Positions 7,467-17,564 of a stretch of DNA of 62,578 bases are shown one piece after another. How positions within the stretch are numbered: the first letter of the stretch is position 1; each line of letters starts with the position of its first letter. The position numbers were made by a program, and so were the translations under genes. Source of the stretch: a candidate division TA06 bacterium ADurb.Bin131 (GTDB taxonomy: Bacteria > Ratteibacteria > UBA8468 > B48-G9 > DTJG01); NCBI GenBank assembly GCA_002070645.1, contig MWDQ01000026.1, positions 1-62,578 of the forward strand, in the 5' to 3' direction. The notes below the pieces were generated by a model, which had not been told where the DNA came from, did no database searches, and was given only the letters and a program-made list of their open reading frames with translations.

Positions 7467-8105
7467 TCATTCATATTTTAAAATTATAATAGTTGGTTCC
7501 TCTGGTATTTGTTCACAGGTTATTGTTAACTCATTTGAGTCAATATACTGTATATTTGATTTACCCGCAAGAAATTTATCCACTGATTCAATGGGTATGT
7601 TTATAGCAGAGGTTTTATAATGCATGGGTATTATTATTTTAGGATTAATCTGTTGTACTACTCTGGTGGCTTGCTCTGAATCAATGGTATAAAAACCTCC
7701 AACAGGGATTAATAGAATATCCACATACCCTATATCTTTTATATGTTCAGGTTGTAAAATATGTCCCAGGTCTCCTAAATGAGATACACAAATATTATCC
7801 ACCTTGAATACGAATATTGTATTATGTCCCCGTTTACTACCTTCAGTTGCATCATGAAAACTTGATATACCTTTAATATCTATTCCTTTAATCTTATATT
7901 CTCCAGGTTTCCTTACTACTTCCGGATTACCTTTCACAAGATTAACTGCATTATGATCAAAATGTTCATGGCTGATAAGCACTATATCTGCCTCTACTGC
8001 TGGAATTTCATACCCAACAGTTTTATCAAAAGGATCAGTCAATATCCTCATCCCATTCCCTGAAGTAATAAGAAAACATGAATGACCCAACCAACGTATA
8101 TTCAT
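7467..8105 (-). CDS. Metallo-beta-lactamase-fold hydrolase (UPF0173-like)
   Basis: MNIRWLGHSCFLI... and the ISHEHFDH (HxHxDH) motif. RBS GGAGGTG. Confidence 0.85.
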   Translation of the reverse strand: MNIRWLGHSCFLITSGNGMRILTDPFDKTVGYEIPAVEADIVLISHEHFDHNAVNLVKGNPEVVRKPGEYKIKGIDIKGISSFHDATEGSKRGHNTIFVFKVDNICVSHLGDLGHILQPEHIKDIGYVDILLIPVGGFYTIDSEQATRVVQQINPKIIIPMHYKTSAINIPIESVDKFLAGKSNIQYIDSNELTITCEQIPEEPTIIILKYE

Positions 8106-8140
8106 ATTTCACCTCCAAAATGTTTATAAGTATTTTCAAG

Positions 8141-8382
8141 CGTGAAGGGGGGGTTCCCCTTCACGAGATAATTCCTCTTCCCCCAAGCACTCGCGGAGGC
8201 TCACCCCCTGCTCCCCCGCAAATCGCTTGGCGCGCTTGGCGCGCCTGGCCCGATTTCACTTCGTGAAGGGGAGTTTCCCCTTCACGAGATAATTCCTCTT
8301 CCCCCAGGCACTCGCGGGGGCTCACCCCCTGCTCCCCCGCAAATCGCTTGGCGCGCTTGGCGCGCCTGGCGCGATTTGAACG
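8141..8382 (-). repeat. Tandem direct repeat, 2 x 121 nt (~95% identical over the first ~110 nt); the second unit ends inside tRNA-Arg
   Basis: Unit 1 is 8141-8261 and unit 2 is 8262-8382. Each unit holds a 10-bp-stem hairpin CGTGAAGGGG/CCCCTTCACG (8141-8165, 8262-8286), a GCGGGGG...CCCCCGC stem (tRNA sense), and a 3 x 9-nt reiteration GCTTGGCGC GCTTGGCGC GCCTGGCGC. Confidence 0.85.
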
Positions 8383-8434
8383 CGCGACCTCTGGATTCGA
8401 AGTCCATCGCTCTATCCAACTGAGCTACAGGCGC
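8358..8434 (-). tRNA. tRNA-Arg (anticodon TCG), CCA encoded
   Basis: Reverse complement: GCGCCTGTAGCTCAGTTGGATAGAGCGATGGACTTCGAATCCAGAGGTCGCGCGTTCAAATCGCGCCAGGCGCGCCA. It forms a full cloverleaf with anticodon loop CTTCGAA. Confidence 0.95.
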
Positions 8435-8677
8435 AGGTTCTGTACTTTTTAATAAACCTTCTTTCAATACCTCTTGAATATATTTTATCATTATTTCAGA
8501 AAAATTATCGTCTTGTTATGTACCTCTGATAGAAATGAGGAAACCAATAGACATCATCCGTATGAATATGTTATAAACATAAAAACTGGAGTATATACCT
8601 GGTTTTTGTTATAATATATAGCGTCTTTGTATTGATTCTATGTTAACTAAAAGCAAATCTAAAAGGGAAGGGCATAT

Positions 8678-10471
8678 ATGCCAAGTAAATCTGCAAAGGT
8701 AAAAGATGTATCAGGATATAAAAGTGAGTACAAAAAATCAGTGAATATTTTACTGGGTATTGCTTCGCTTGTCTTTTTCGGTATAACACCATTGTTAAAC
8801 TTCAAACCAGCATATGATTATACAGTAATAAAAGATATTCTCGGAGCATTATTTGTCGCAATCTTCGCAGTGGCATTATATCTTAAAAAAGATGATATCT
8901 TAATAAATCTAAAAGGTTTTATTGTAGGAACTATCTTTTTTTTGTATATTTTAGCGGGATGCTTCTATGCACCGGTTAAATATGGTGCTGCACAGGCGCT
9001 CGAAAATTATCTTTTGTATTACCTTCTTTTTATCGCAGGTATGCTTTGGAAATGGGAAAAAAGAGATGCTTTTATATGGGCAGCATCAATGGTTGTGGCT
9101 TCAATTACAGCATTTGTACAATATCATATTACAAATTATCCTATCTCCACATTTGGAAATCCAAATTTTTTCGCAGGACATCTTTTAATGCCAATTTTTC
9201 TGATCTTATATTTTGTGAAGAAAAAATATATTCCCATAGGAATAATATATGGAATAATAACCATTGCTGCACTTCTTATTACAAAATCACGTGCCTCGGT
9301 ATTTGCATTTCTTGTTGCATCTGCATTTGCGTCGTTTTTGCTTTTGAGAGAAAACAAAATTCGATGGCTTAAGTATATTGGTTTCATAATTGTCATTATT
9401 GGAACACTTTTTCTCTGGAATTCAATAAAATATCAATTTACTCAGGATATTAGATATTATATATGGCGTGGAACATTTAGCCTAATCAAGGAGAAACCCA
9501 TCCTTGGTTGGGGGACAGGTAATTTTATTTTTCACTATCCATATTTTAGGTATAGAGAATACTTTTTAAGACCCCAGGCAACCCCTATAACAAATCATCC
9601 ACACTCTCAATATCTCGAAATTTGGTCTGAAAATGGTGTCATTGGACTTTTACTTTTTGTAGTAATTCTCGGTTTTGCATTATATTCTGGAATGAAAAAA
9701 CACTCAAAGGATTCATATGATATTTCTCTTTTTTCATTAACAGGAATTATAGCAGTTGCTGTCGATAATATCCTCTCCACGAATCTTACAAACACATCAA
9801 CCGCAATGTATTTCTGGTTTCTTTCTGGATTATGCTTTACTCTTGATGAGAAATCAAAAAAGATTGTTATCTCTAATTCATTAAAGAAAACAGTGCTATG
9901 GGTATTAATGATTTCAATGATAACACTGGCTGGGTGGAAAACTTTCTACAGGTTAACACCCGAGGTTTACCTTAAGAAAGCTATCACTGCAAGAGAAATG
10001 AACGATTTTCCAACTGCTATTGAAAATTATAAAAAAGTGTGTAAAATAAATCCTAATAATGTTGTCGCGTGGTATAAACTTGCCTTTGCATATGGTCAGA
10101 TAGGTGACCTTGAAAATTCAGAAAAAATTTATCTTAAAATTAATAATATTCTGTTTCCACATTTTGCGAAAACTGATGGCAATCTTGGTACTCTTTACAC
10201 ACAAAAGCAGGACTATGAGAAAGCAAAGTATTATTATGAAAAGGCATTATTTTTTAACCCCTATGACATAGATGTACTACTTGGAATGGTTGCAATAAAA
10301 CTTTTCAATGACAGAGACATTAAAGGTGCAAAAGAATATTTAGAAAGAGCCATGGCAATAAATCCTGAACATGAATATGTGAAATATCTTATCAAAAAAT
10401 TCCCAGAACTCGCTGATGGCTCTTCAAATAATACTGTTATCAATAAAAATAATAAACAAAGAGGAGAGTAA
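8678..10471 (+). CDS. O-antigen ligase-like (Wzy_C) polytopic membrane protein with C-terminal TPR repeats
   Basis: About 10 TM segments with a periplasmic-loop motif ([10 protein letters not shown]..., [14 protein letters not shown]) typical of the O-antigen ligase/polymerase family. The C-terminal ~170 aa contain TPR-like repeats ([26 protein letters not shown]). Confidence 0.8.
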   Translation: MPSKSAKVKDVSGYKSEYKKSVNILLGIASLVFFGITPLLNFKPAYDYTVIKDILGALFVAIFAVALYLKKDDILINLKGFIVGTIFFLYILAGCFYAPVKYGAAQALENYLLYYLLFIAGMLWKWEKRDAFIWAASMVVASITAFVQYHITNYPISTFGNPNFFAGHLLMPIFLILYFVKKKYIPIGIIYGIITIAALLITKSRASVFAFLVASAFASFLLLRENKIRWLKYIGFIIVIIGTLFLWNSIKYQFTQDIRYYIWRGTFSLIKEKPILGWGTGNFIFHYPYFRYREYFLRPQATPITNHPHSQYLEIWSENGVIGLLLFVVILGFALYSGMKKHSKDSYDISLFSLTGIIAVAVDNILSTNLTNTSTAMYFWFLSGLCFTLDEKSKKIVISNSLKKTVLWVLMISMITLAGWKTFYRLTPEVYLKKAITAREMNDFPTAIENYKKVCKINPNNVVAWYKLAFAYGQIGDLENSEKIYLKINNILFPHFAKTDGNLGTLYTQKQDYEKAKYYYEKALFFNPYDIDVLLGMVAIKLFNDRDIKGAKEYLERAMAINPEHEYVKYLIKKFPELADGSSNNTVINKNNKQRGE

Positions 10472-10472
10472 A

Positions 10473-10670
10473 ATGAAATGTGAAATATGCGGAAAAGGAC
10501 CAAGAACTGGAAATAACGTTAGCCATTCTAATGTTAAGACAAAAAGAACATGGAAACCAAATGTGCAGAAATTACTACTTGAATACAAAGGAAACGTAAA
10601 AAAAATGGCAATCTGCACGCAGTGCTTAAAATCAGGAAAGGTTCAAAGGCCTCAAAAAAATTCAGAATAA
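10473..10670 (+). CDS. rpmB: 50S ribosomal protein L28
   Basis: [32 protein letters not shown] matches the L28 signature. RBS GAGGAGAG. The ORF-track N-terminal extension overlaps the previous gene and is discarded. Confidence 0.92.
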   Translation: MKCEICGKGPRTGNNVSHSNVKTKRTWKPNVQKLLLEYKGNVKKMAICTQCLKSGKVQRPQKNSE

Positions 10671-10671
10671 T

Positions 10672-12276
10672 TTATCCTGCCTGTATAACATCAAGCCAGG
10701 TAATAAATAAATCACCTGATTTATGCAGTACAGGACTATAACAAATCGACAAAGGTTTTGATGGCATCTTAAAAGTTCCAGTAAAGTGCGCTTCAAACAA
10801 ACAGTTATTCTGTTTAACCCAGACCACGGTCTCGTTTTTCTGGTATCTTGTGATTTTGACACACTCTACACCAGAAGTTGTAAAAAATACAGGTGGATTG
10901 CCATATCCAAAAGGTTTCAACAACTGAAGATCCTTAAGAAATGGTATCGTAATATTTTCAAAATCCATATGTATAGGTTTCATTTCATTGGATATCCTGG
11001 GTTTTTCTATTTTCATTTCCCTCCAGAATTTCTTTAGTTCTGACATATTGGAAGATTTCATCTTAAATCCAATAGCATCCCTATGACCACCAAATGAAAT
11101 AAAGATATCTCGAATTTGATTAAAAAAATCATAAAGATTTATACGGTTAAAACTCCGGGCTGAGCCCTGAATCAAATCTCCATGTCTTATTGCAACCAAT
11201 GCCGGCATCTGGAATTTCTCACTTATCTTTGCAGCAAATGTTCCTGAAAATGATGCTGGGATATTTTCGAAAAGAAAAATTGGTAATCTCTCGGTATCCT
11301 TGCTTTTAATAACAGATAAAAGATTTCTCATTACTCTTTGTTTTTCTTTTTCAAATGTTTTTATCTCCTCAAAAATGGGTTCTATGTTTTCATCTAAACC
11401 TGCAGTCAATATCTTAAATGCTAATTCAGGTTTTCCAAATCTTCCTGGAGTGTTTAATTTCGGATTAAGATAATGGGTTATTATTCTAATCTCATCACTG
11501 TTCTTTGGAATATAAAAATGTTCCTTGAACTTTTCAATTCCAGGTATACCCGTATTTTCAAAACGATTCAGACCTATCTTTACTATCGCACGATTTTCTC
11601 CTCTAAGCAGACCATGATCATTAAGTGTACCTATGGCTCCAAGTTCAATACATGAATAAAATATATCTCTCGGGAAAAAAGGGAAAACTTCCAGAAAAGA
11701 TTGCGCCAATTTTAAGACAAGTCCTGAAGCAGTAAATATATCAAAATCTCCATCACCCCGATTCAATGAAGGATTTACGATAGTAGTATAATGAAGATCC
11801 TTTTCAATCGAACCACGATGATGATCTATGATAATTAATGGGAATTTTGTCTTTTCACAGTAGTCAATCAATTCTTTAGAGGTTGTACCCGTATCTATTG
11901 TAATAAGAAGACCATAGCCCATCTCTTCTATTTTTTTAACAAATTCCGGCTCAATCTCATAATTCTCGAGCCGATGGGTAAGTTTAACATCAAAAGCAAC
12001 ATTCATAGAGTTAAAAACATTGGCAATTATTGCTGCACCCGCAATCCCATCTACATCCCCATCTGAATAAATAAATATTTTTTTTCTTGCACGGATGGTG
12101 TCTTCAATCAGTTCGCACGCCTGTTGCATACCGCAGATTTGAAAAGGGTTGGAAAGCATTGAAACATCAGGATTTAAGAATTTTTGAACTTCATCCTCGC
12201 TTTTTATACCCCTTTCGTAAAGTATCTTAAGAATAATAGAAGAAACACCTTCAATGCTCAATAAATTTTTTTTCAT
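10672..12276 (-). CDS. recJ: RecJ-like single-stranded-DNA exonuclease (DHH/DHHA1)
   Basis: DHH motifs are present: SDGDVDGI, TIDTG, IIIDHHR, and the DHHA1 motif GGHRDAIGF. Confidence 0.85.
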   Translation of the reverse strand: MKKNLLSIEGVSSIILKILYERGIKSEDEVQKFLNPDVSMLSNPFQICGMQQACELIEDTIRARKKIFIYSDGDVDGIAGAAIIANVFNSMNVAFDVKLTHRLENYEIEPEFVKKIEEMGYGLLITIDTGTTSKELIDYCEKTKFPLIIIDHHRGSIEKDLHYTTIVNPSLNRGDGDFDIFTASGLVLKLAQSFLEVFPFFPRDIFYSCIELGAIGTLNDHGLLRGENRAIVKIGLNRFENTGIPGIEKFKEHFYIPKNSDEIRIITHYLNPKLNTPGRFGKPELAFKILTAGLDENIEPIFEEIKTFEKEKQRVMRNLLSVIKSKDTERLPIFLFENIPASFSGTFAAKISEKFQMPALVAIRHGDLIQGSARSFNRINLYDFFNQIRDIFISFGGHRDAIGFKMKSSNMSELKKFWREMKIEKPRISNEMKPIHMDFENITIPFLKDLQLLKPFGYGNPPVFFTTSGVECVKITRYQKNETVVWVKQNNCLFEAHFTGTFKMPSKPLSICYSPVLHKSGDLFITWLDVIQAG

Positions 12277-12515
12277 ATCCCAATAATCTTCTTGATTTCA
12301 TCAATAGAAAGTTCAGAAGGTTTAATACCTTCAAATTTTTTATCTCCAATAATAATCGTGGGAATTTTTGTCAATCCAAGCAGGGTGAATTCTGTAAGAT
12401 TATCTGCATCATCAATATCGAAATAAGAAAAGGGTATGCTGAAATTCTCGAATTTTTTCTTCCATCCCTGACATAATCCACAATCTTCTTTTCCAAAAAG
12501 TATAATTTTCTTCAT
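12273..12515 (-). CDS. Glutaredoxin/NrdH-like small thioredoxin-fold protein
   Basis: MKKIILFGKEDCGLCQ contains a CxxC motif, and the protein is ~80 aa. Its stop overlaps the recJ start (ATGA). ATG 12515 is preferred over GTG 12536. Confidence 0.7.
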   Translation of the reverse strand: MKKIILFGKEDCGLCQGWKKKFENFSIPFSYFDIDDADNLTEFTLLGLTKIPTIIIGDKKFEGIKPSELSIDEIKKIIGI

Positions 12516-12560
12516 ATTATATTCCAGTTTTAGCACTATAAAAATCCTTAAAATTGTTAA

Positions 12561-13046
12561 TCAATCCTGTTTCTTTTCTCTTTTAATATATTTTACTGAA
12601 ATGTTTGCCTCTTTCAACATATCCTGTGAAAGTTTGTCAGGATAGCCCTCAGAAATAACAACCTCTTTTATTCCTGCGTTAATAATCATTTTTGCGCAAA
12701 CAGAACAAGGATGACATGTAATATAAAGAACACTTCCCTTTATACTTACACCATGGTATGCTGCCTGGATGATTGCATTCTGTTCTGCATGAAGCCCCCG
12801 ACATAATTCATGTCTCTCGCCAGAAGGAACATTAAGGTTCTCGCGTAAACAGCCAGTTTCTTCACAATGTTTAATTCCGGATGGTGCTCCGTTATAACCA
12901 GTAGCAAGAACTCTTTTCCCTTTCACAAGAACTGCTCCAACTTTGCGACGAAGACACGTCGAACGCTCGGATACAAGAAGAGCAATCCTTATAAAATACT
13001 CATCCCAATCAGGTCTGTTAACCTTTGTTTTCTTTTTAGTTTTCAT
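12561..13046 (-). CDS. dCMP deaminase (ComEB/cytidine-deoxycytidylate deaminase family)
   Basis: The zinc motifs HAEQNAI and PCSVCAKMI are present. Start is at MKTKKK; an alternative start lies at 13067. Confidence 0.85.
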   Translation of the reverse strand: MKTKKKTKVNRPDWDEYFIRIALLVSERSTCLRRKVGAVLVKGKRVLATGYNGAPSGIKHCEETGCLRENLNVPSGERHELCRGLHAEQNAIIQAAYHGVSIKGSVLYITCHPCSVCAKMIINAGIKEVVISEGYPDKLSQDMLKEANISVKYIKREKKQD

Positions 13047-14268
13047 GAAGAGGAAACTGGCTCGCAAACATTTTTACCCGTTTTCTTAAAAGTTTCAGTT
13101 GACTCTGGTTTGACTGATATGACAATGCTTCATCAATAAAATTAAGAATTTTATTAATTTCATCCTTCCCCATTCCACGCGTTGTAATCGCAGGAGTTCC
13201 AATACGAATACCACTGGCAATATTTGGTGGCAGAGGATCAAAAGGAATTGCATTTCTATTAACAGTTATACCTGCATCGCCAAGAATCTGCTGAGCAGCA
13301 ATACCAGTAATATTTTTATTACGAAGATCAACAAGAACAAGATGGTTATCTGTTCCACCGGTAATAATCCTGTAGTTCCTTTTAGCAAGCTCATCAGCAA
13401 TATATCTACTATTGAGGATTACCTTTTTTTGATAAGAAATAAAATTCTTGCTCATTGCTTCCTTAAATGCTACTGCCTTACCTGCAATAACGTGAACAAG
13501 AGGTCCACCTTGTATACCTGGAAAAACAGACCTATCAACCTGACTGGCAAATTTAGACCTGCACAGGATAAACCCACCCCTTGGCCCTCTGAGTGTTTTA
13601 TGAGTTGTACCGGTAACAAACTCAGCATATTTGATAGGAGAAGGATGCAAACCAGCAACAATAATACCCGCTATATGAGCAATATCCGCACATAAATATG
13701 CACCAACTTGTTCCGCAATCTCTGAAAATTTCTTAAAATCAATTGTTCTCGGATATGCACTTGCTCCACAAACTATCATTTTTGGCTTTGTCTGCTTAGC
13801 AATTTCCAATATCTTATCATAATCAATCTGTTCAGTTTCCCTGCTAACACCATAATAAACAGGGTTAAATACGATACCTGAAAAATTTATCTTTGCACCA
13901 TGCGTAAGGTGTCCCCCAGCAGAAAGGTCCATACCGAGAATTGTATCCTTTGGCTTTAAGACCGAAAGATAAACTGCCATATTTGCCTGACTTCCTGCAT
14001 GAGGTTGAACGTTAGCGTGTTCAGCGTTAAAAATCTTCATAAGTCGTTCATTCGCCAACATCTCAATATTATCAATAATAGTACACCCATCATAATATCT
14101 TTTACCAGGATATCCTTCTGCATATTTATTGGTTAATAATGAACCAACCGCAGAAAGAACCTCTTTACTCACGTAATTTTCGGATGCAATAAGATTAATA
14201 GTTTCTTTTTCTCTCTTTTCTTCTTTTTTTATCAATTCTGAAATCACAGGGTCAATTTTTCTCAACAT
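13036..14268 (-). CDS. glyA: Serine hydroxymethyltransferase
   Basis: [18 protein letters not shown] and the PLP-lysine region [14 protein letters not shown] are present. Confidence 0.95.
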   Translation of the reverse strand: MLRKIDPVISELIKKEEKREKETINLIASENYVSKEVLSAVGSLLTNKYAEGYPGKRYYDGCTIIDNIEMLANERLMKIFNAEHANVQPHAGSQANMAVYLSVLKPKDTILGMDLSAGGHLTHGAKINFSGIVFNPVYYGVSRETEQIDYDKILEIAKQTKPKMIVCGASAYPRTIDFKKFSEIAEQVGAYLCADIAHIAGIIVAGLHPSPIKYAEFVTGTTHKTLRGPRGGFILCRSKFASQVDRSVFPGIQGGPLVHVIAGKAVAFKEAMSKNFISYQKKVILNSRYIADELAKRNYRIITGGTDNHLVLVDLRNKNITGIAAQQILGDAGITVNRNAIPFDPLPPNIASGIRIGTPAITTRGMGKDEINKILNFIDEALSYQSNQSQLKLLRKRVKMFASQFPLHEN

Positions 14269-16348
14269 TTTTAATATCCTCTTCTTTTATATAAGAAAAG
14301 TCCGCGAACTTCAAAAAAACATCATTAAACATCTTAAGTAGAGCGAGACGATTACCTCTTAAGTTTTCTTCAGGGCACATAACCAGAATCTTATCAAAAA
14401 ATCTGTCTATGGGTGTTTTAAGATCCTCGAGCATGCGCAAAAATTCACTGAAATTCTTTTTTTCGAGCAAATCCTTAAGTACACCCAGATATTTATCTGC
14501 AACCATAATAAGTTCAACCTCGCCATCTTCCTTTAATAATTCTCTTTTGAAATCAGGAATATCTATATTTTTCTCTTTTGCCTGTTTCAAGATATTGGCA
14601 ACCCTTGTCACTGGAATAAGAATTGTATCAACGTCCGCTGTTTCTCTTATAAAAGATCTGATTGCATCAAGTTTATTCCTTGCCCTTAGAAAATTTAATC
14701 TCTCGACACTTAAAACGCTTCCTCGTAATCCTTTTGGAAAACCTTCTGTTTCAAGATAAGATTCAAATCTTTGAAGTAGAAAATTCTTTATTCTATTTTT
14801 AGTAGCATCCAGTTCAGATGCTGAAAACTGATAAACAATAAAAATTTTATCAATGATATCCTCGTAATCAAAATCATATCCTGATTTATAAACCAGTTGA
14901 AATAATGCCACAGAAACTCTTCTTAAGCCATAAGGATCTTCAGAGCCACTAACATCAACACCCGCTGATATAAAACAGCATAAATAATCAATCCTATCCA
15001 CAATTCCAAGCAATACCCCAAATGTACTCTCAGGCAGAGAATCTCCAGAAAATCTTGGACGAACATGTTCAGAAATTGCCTTACAAACCTGCTGACACTC
15101 GCCAGAAACACCTGCGTATATTGCTCCCATAATTCCCTGCAAATCTGGAAACTCCCTTACCATTTCTGAAGCCATATCATACTTACTTAATTCGGCTGCT
15201 CTCGTCAGAATATTTTTCTCATCATTGCCCAACCCAAGTATATCAGAAATAATGGCAGAAATTTTTTTCATTCTATTGACCCTATCAAGGAGAGATCCCC
15301 ATCTTTGATGGAATACGATTTTTTCAAGTTTGTTTCTAAAATCATAGAAGGATTGAGAAAGATCTGTCTCATAAAAAAACTGAGCATCAAGAATTCTTGT
15401 TCTTAAAAGATTTTCATAATTCTTGCCGATAGTATCACTACAATTCCCATCGCTTATGACAAAGAATTCTTTTTGAATACTCTTCCCACAAAAAATAGGA
15501 ATCCCCTTTGCTTTCTCAACTAAAACACTAAGAATATCCTCTGGCAGGTTATATCTTAAGTCCGGAAATTTGCAACGAATAACTCGTGGATACTCCACAA
15601 GGTTTGAAAGATTTTCAACTATTCCGGAATCAAATGTTTCATTTTCTCTAAGGGACTTTTTAATAAGCTCAATTATAAAAGAGTATCTTATTTTTTCATC
15701 AGGGATAACAAACGCCTTCTCAATTTTATCAAAATAATCCACCCAGTTATATATTCTTATCCTGCCAGGAGATAACACCCTATGCCCAAAGGTATTTTGT
15801 GAACTTTTTACACCACCAAACTCCATCGGGACTTTCTCGTTTCCAAATATTGCAAAAATCCACCTTACCGGCCTATAAAATATTTCACCTGACTCGTTCC
15901 ACCTCATTCCCCTTGGAATATCTAATCTTCTCAACATTGAAGGAATAATACAAGAGAAAATTTTGATTGAACTTATACTGGGGATTTTTTTTGATATATA
16001 CACAAACCTTTTCTCATTGGTTTGTTTGATTTTCAAAGCAGAAACCGAAACGCCCTGTGCCTTTGCAAAACCATATGCCGCAGGAGTTGGTACCCCTGAA
16101 GAATCAAAAGCAACATCATACTTAGGACCGGTTACTTCCTTTTCCTCTTCTACCGTACAAACAGGAATATCCTTTCCGAGCAGAATCAATCTACGGGGAG
16201 TGAAAAAAAACATTATTTCCCTCGAAACAAGCCTATTCTTTCTGAGTTCATCAAGGAATATAGGCATAAACCTATTTATAAAATGGTCTCCAACCCAGGC
16301 AGGTAGGTCCTCACAACCAATCTCAAATAAAAGATGTTCTTTTTTCAT
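14252..16348 (-). CDS. glyS: Glycyl-tRNA synthetase beta subunit
   Basis: 698 aa. LLFEIGCEDLP at the N-terminus and the region DPYGLRR are typical of bacterial GlyS. Confidence 0.9.
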   Translation of the reverse strand: MKKEHLLFEIGCEDLPAWVGDHFINRFMPIFLDELRKNRLVSREIMFFFTPRRLILLGKDIPVCTVEEEKEVTGPKYDVAFDSSGVPTPAAYGFAKAQGVSVSALKIKQTNEKRFVYISKKIPSISSIKIFSCIIPSMLRRLDIPRGMRWNESGEIFYRPVRWIFAIFGNEKVPMEFGGVKSSQNTFGHRVLSPGRIRIYNWVDYFDKIEKAFVIPDEKIRYSFIIELIKKSLRENETFDSGIVENLSNLVEYPRVIRCKFPDLRYNLPEDILSVLVEKAKGIPIFCGKSIQKEFFVISDGNCSDTIGKNYENLLRTRILDAQFFYETDLSQSFYDFRNKLEKIVFHQRWGSLLDRVNRMKKISAIISDILGLGNDEKNILTRAAELSKYDMASEMVREFPDLQGIMGAIYAGVSGECQQVCKAISEHVRPRFSGDSLPESTFGVLLGIVDRIDYLCCFISAGVDVSGSEDPYGLRRVSVALFQLVYKSGYDFDYEDIIDKIFIVYQFSASELDATKNRIKNFLLQRFESYLETEGFPKGLRGSVLSVERLNFLRARNKLDAIRSFIRETADVDTILIPVTRVANILKQAKEKNIDIPDFKRELLKEDGEVELIMVADKYLGVLKDLLEKKNFSEFLRMLEDLKTPIDRFFDKILVMCPEENLRGNRLALLKMFNDVFLKFADFSYIKEEDIKNVEKN

Positions 16349-16562
16349 TTCACACCAAAATGTATTATCAAAACCTTACTAAACTGATACATAGACAATC
16401 TTCTTTGTAATATTCAACCAGATTTTTACTGGATACTACTGATACCAATAAGAGTTATAGGTTATTGTCTTCCTGTAAAACAGACAAAACCTAAAAATAC
16501 CACCTTTTCTATCATTATTATCATTATAGTGAATGAATTTTTCCAGGTTAGGTAATTATAAA

Positions 16563-17564
16563 TTATACAATTTTTTTCTTAAGAATGACAAACATGCCAC
16601 AAAATACTAAAAGAAATATGTGTGAAATCCAAGGAGAAATCTGCCACGGTATCATTTCTATTTTGCCGAGTGATAAGCCGACTGCATAAAAGGCATATGT
16701 AAAAAACATCATTATAATTCCGATTACAAAAATTTTTATCCTCGAAAAAAATATTCGCTGATAAAAAAATGGAAGCAGAAGAAGTATCACCAACAAGTTT
16801 AACAAAGGATAGGATATCTTTGAATAAAGTACAATCCAATCGGTTTTATTCACTACTCCAACAGCAGCCACTTTTTTTAATATCCTTCGCAGAGAAAAAA
16901 AAGATTGTCGCTCGGGATTAATAGATGTATACCTTACAAGAATCAGTGGATCAAAAGACGTCTTCAGCGTCAAAACACTGAATTTATTTTCAGTTCCATT
17001 AACAACACTTGCGTCATAGAAAATAATCATATCATTAAAAAATTCTGCCTTCCTGGCCTGAATGGTTCTTTTTACACCTTCTTCATAAAACGTAATCACA
17101 ACATTGGTAAAAATATTCTCTTTGTTTGTTTGTTCTGCCCACAGTAAAAGAACAGGTGTTGTTATGCTGATATCCCCCTTTCCCACATCTCTGTTTGAAT
17201 CAGGGTAGGGCGGAAAACAGCCAAAAAGGAAAGCGAAAATAGACACACAAAAACCAAATACCAAAAAAGTTCTGAATATCTGAAGTTCTGAAATTCCTTT
17301 AAGTTCGAGAATAGATATTTGCCTGAATTTTTCCATTTCTGAAAAAACAAAAAATGCACTCAACAGGGTAATAAAAGGAAAAATCAGTTGAATGTTATCA
17401 TAAAAATTGACTATGTAATCTTTCCATGGGAATCCTCCGGCACGTTTCATATCTGCAAAACTCCAGAAAATCTGTGTAAGAAGAAGTACAACAGAAAAAG
17501 ATATAAACAGTATAAAGAAAAAAGAAACAAGTTGTTTTAAGAAATATTTATCTCTAAATAACAT
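16563..17564 (-). CDS. lptG: LPS export permease, LptG-like (YjgP/YjgQ family)
   Basis: The 333-aa protein has the 3 TM + periplasmic beta-domain + 3 TM layout. It is adjacent to and overlaps a paralogue. Confidence 0.7.
   Translation of the reverse strand: MLFRDKYFLKQLVSFFFILFISFSVVLLLTQIFWSFADMKRAGGFPWKDYIVNFYDNIQLIFPFITLLSAFFVFSEMEKFRQISILELKGISELQIFRTFLVFGFCVSIFAFLFGCFPPYPDSNRDVGKGDISITTPVLLLWAEQTNKENIFTNVVITFYEEGVKRTIQARKAEFFNDMIIFYDASVVNGTENKFSVLTLKTSFDPLILVRYTSINPERQSFFSLRRILKKVAAVGVVNKTDWIVLYSKISYPLLNLLVILLLLPFFYQRIFFSRIKIFVIGIIMMFFTYAFYAVGLSLGKIEMIPWQISPWISHIFLLVFCGMFVILKKKIV

Noticed and set aside
8141-8382. Possible CRISPR array
   Set aside because: There are only two units, they are directly abutting with no spacers, the unit length of 121 nt is far above CRISPR repeat size, and no cas genes are present in the window.
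8078-8491. 62-aa (+) and 69-aa (-) ORFs over the tRNA-Arg region
   Set aside because: They are translations of the tandem repeat and of the tRNA itself (repetitive RQARQA / AWRAWRAW strings). They are not genes.
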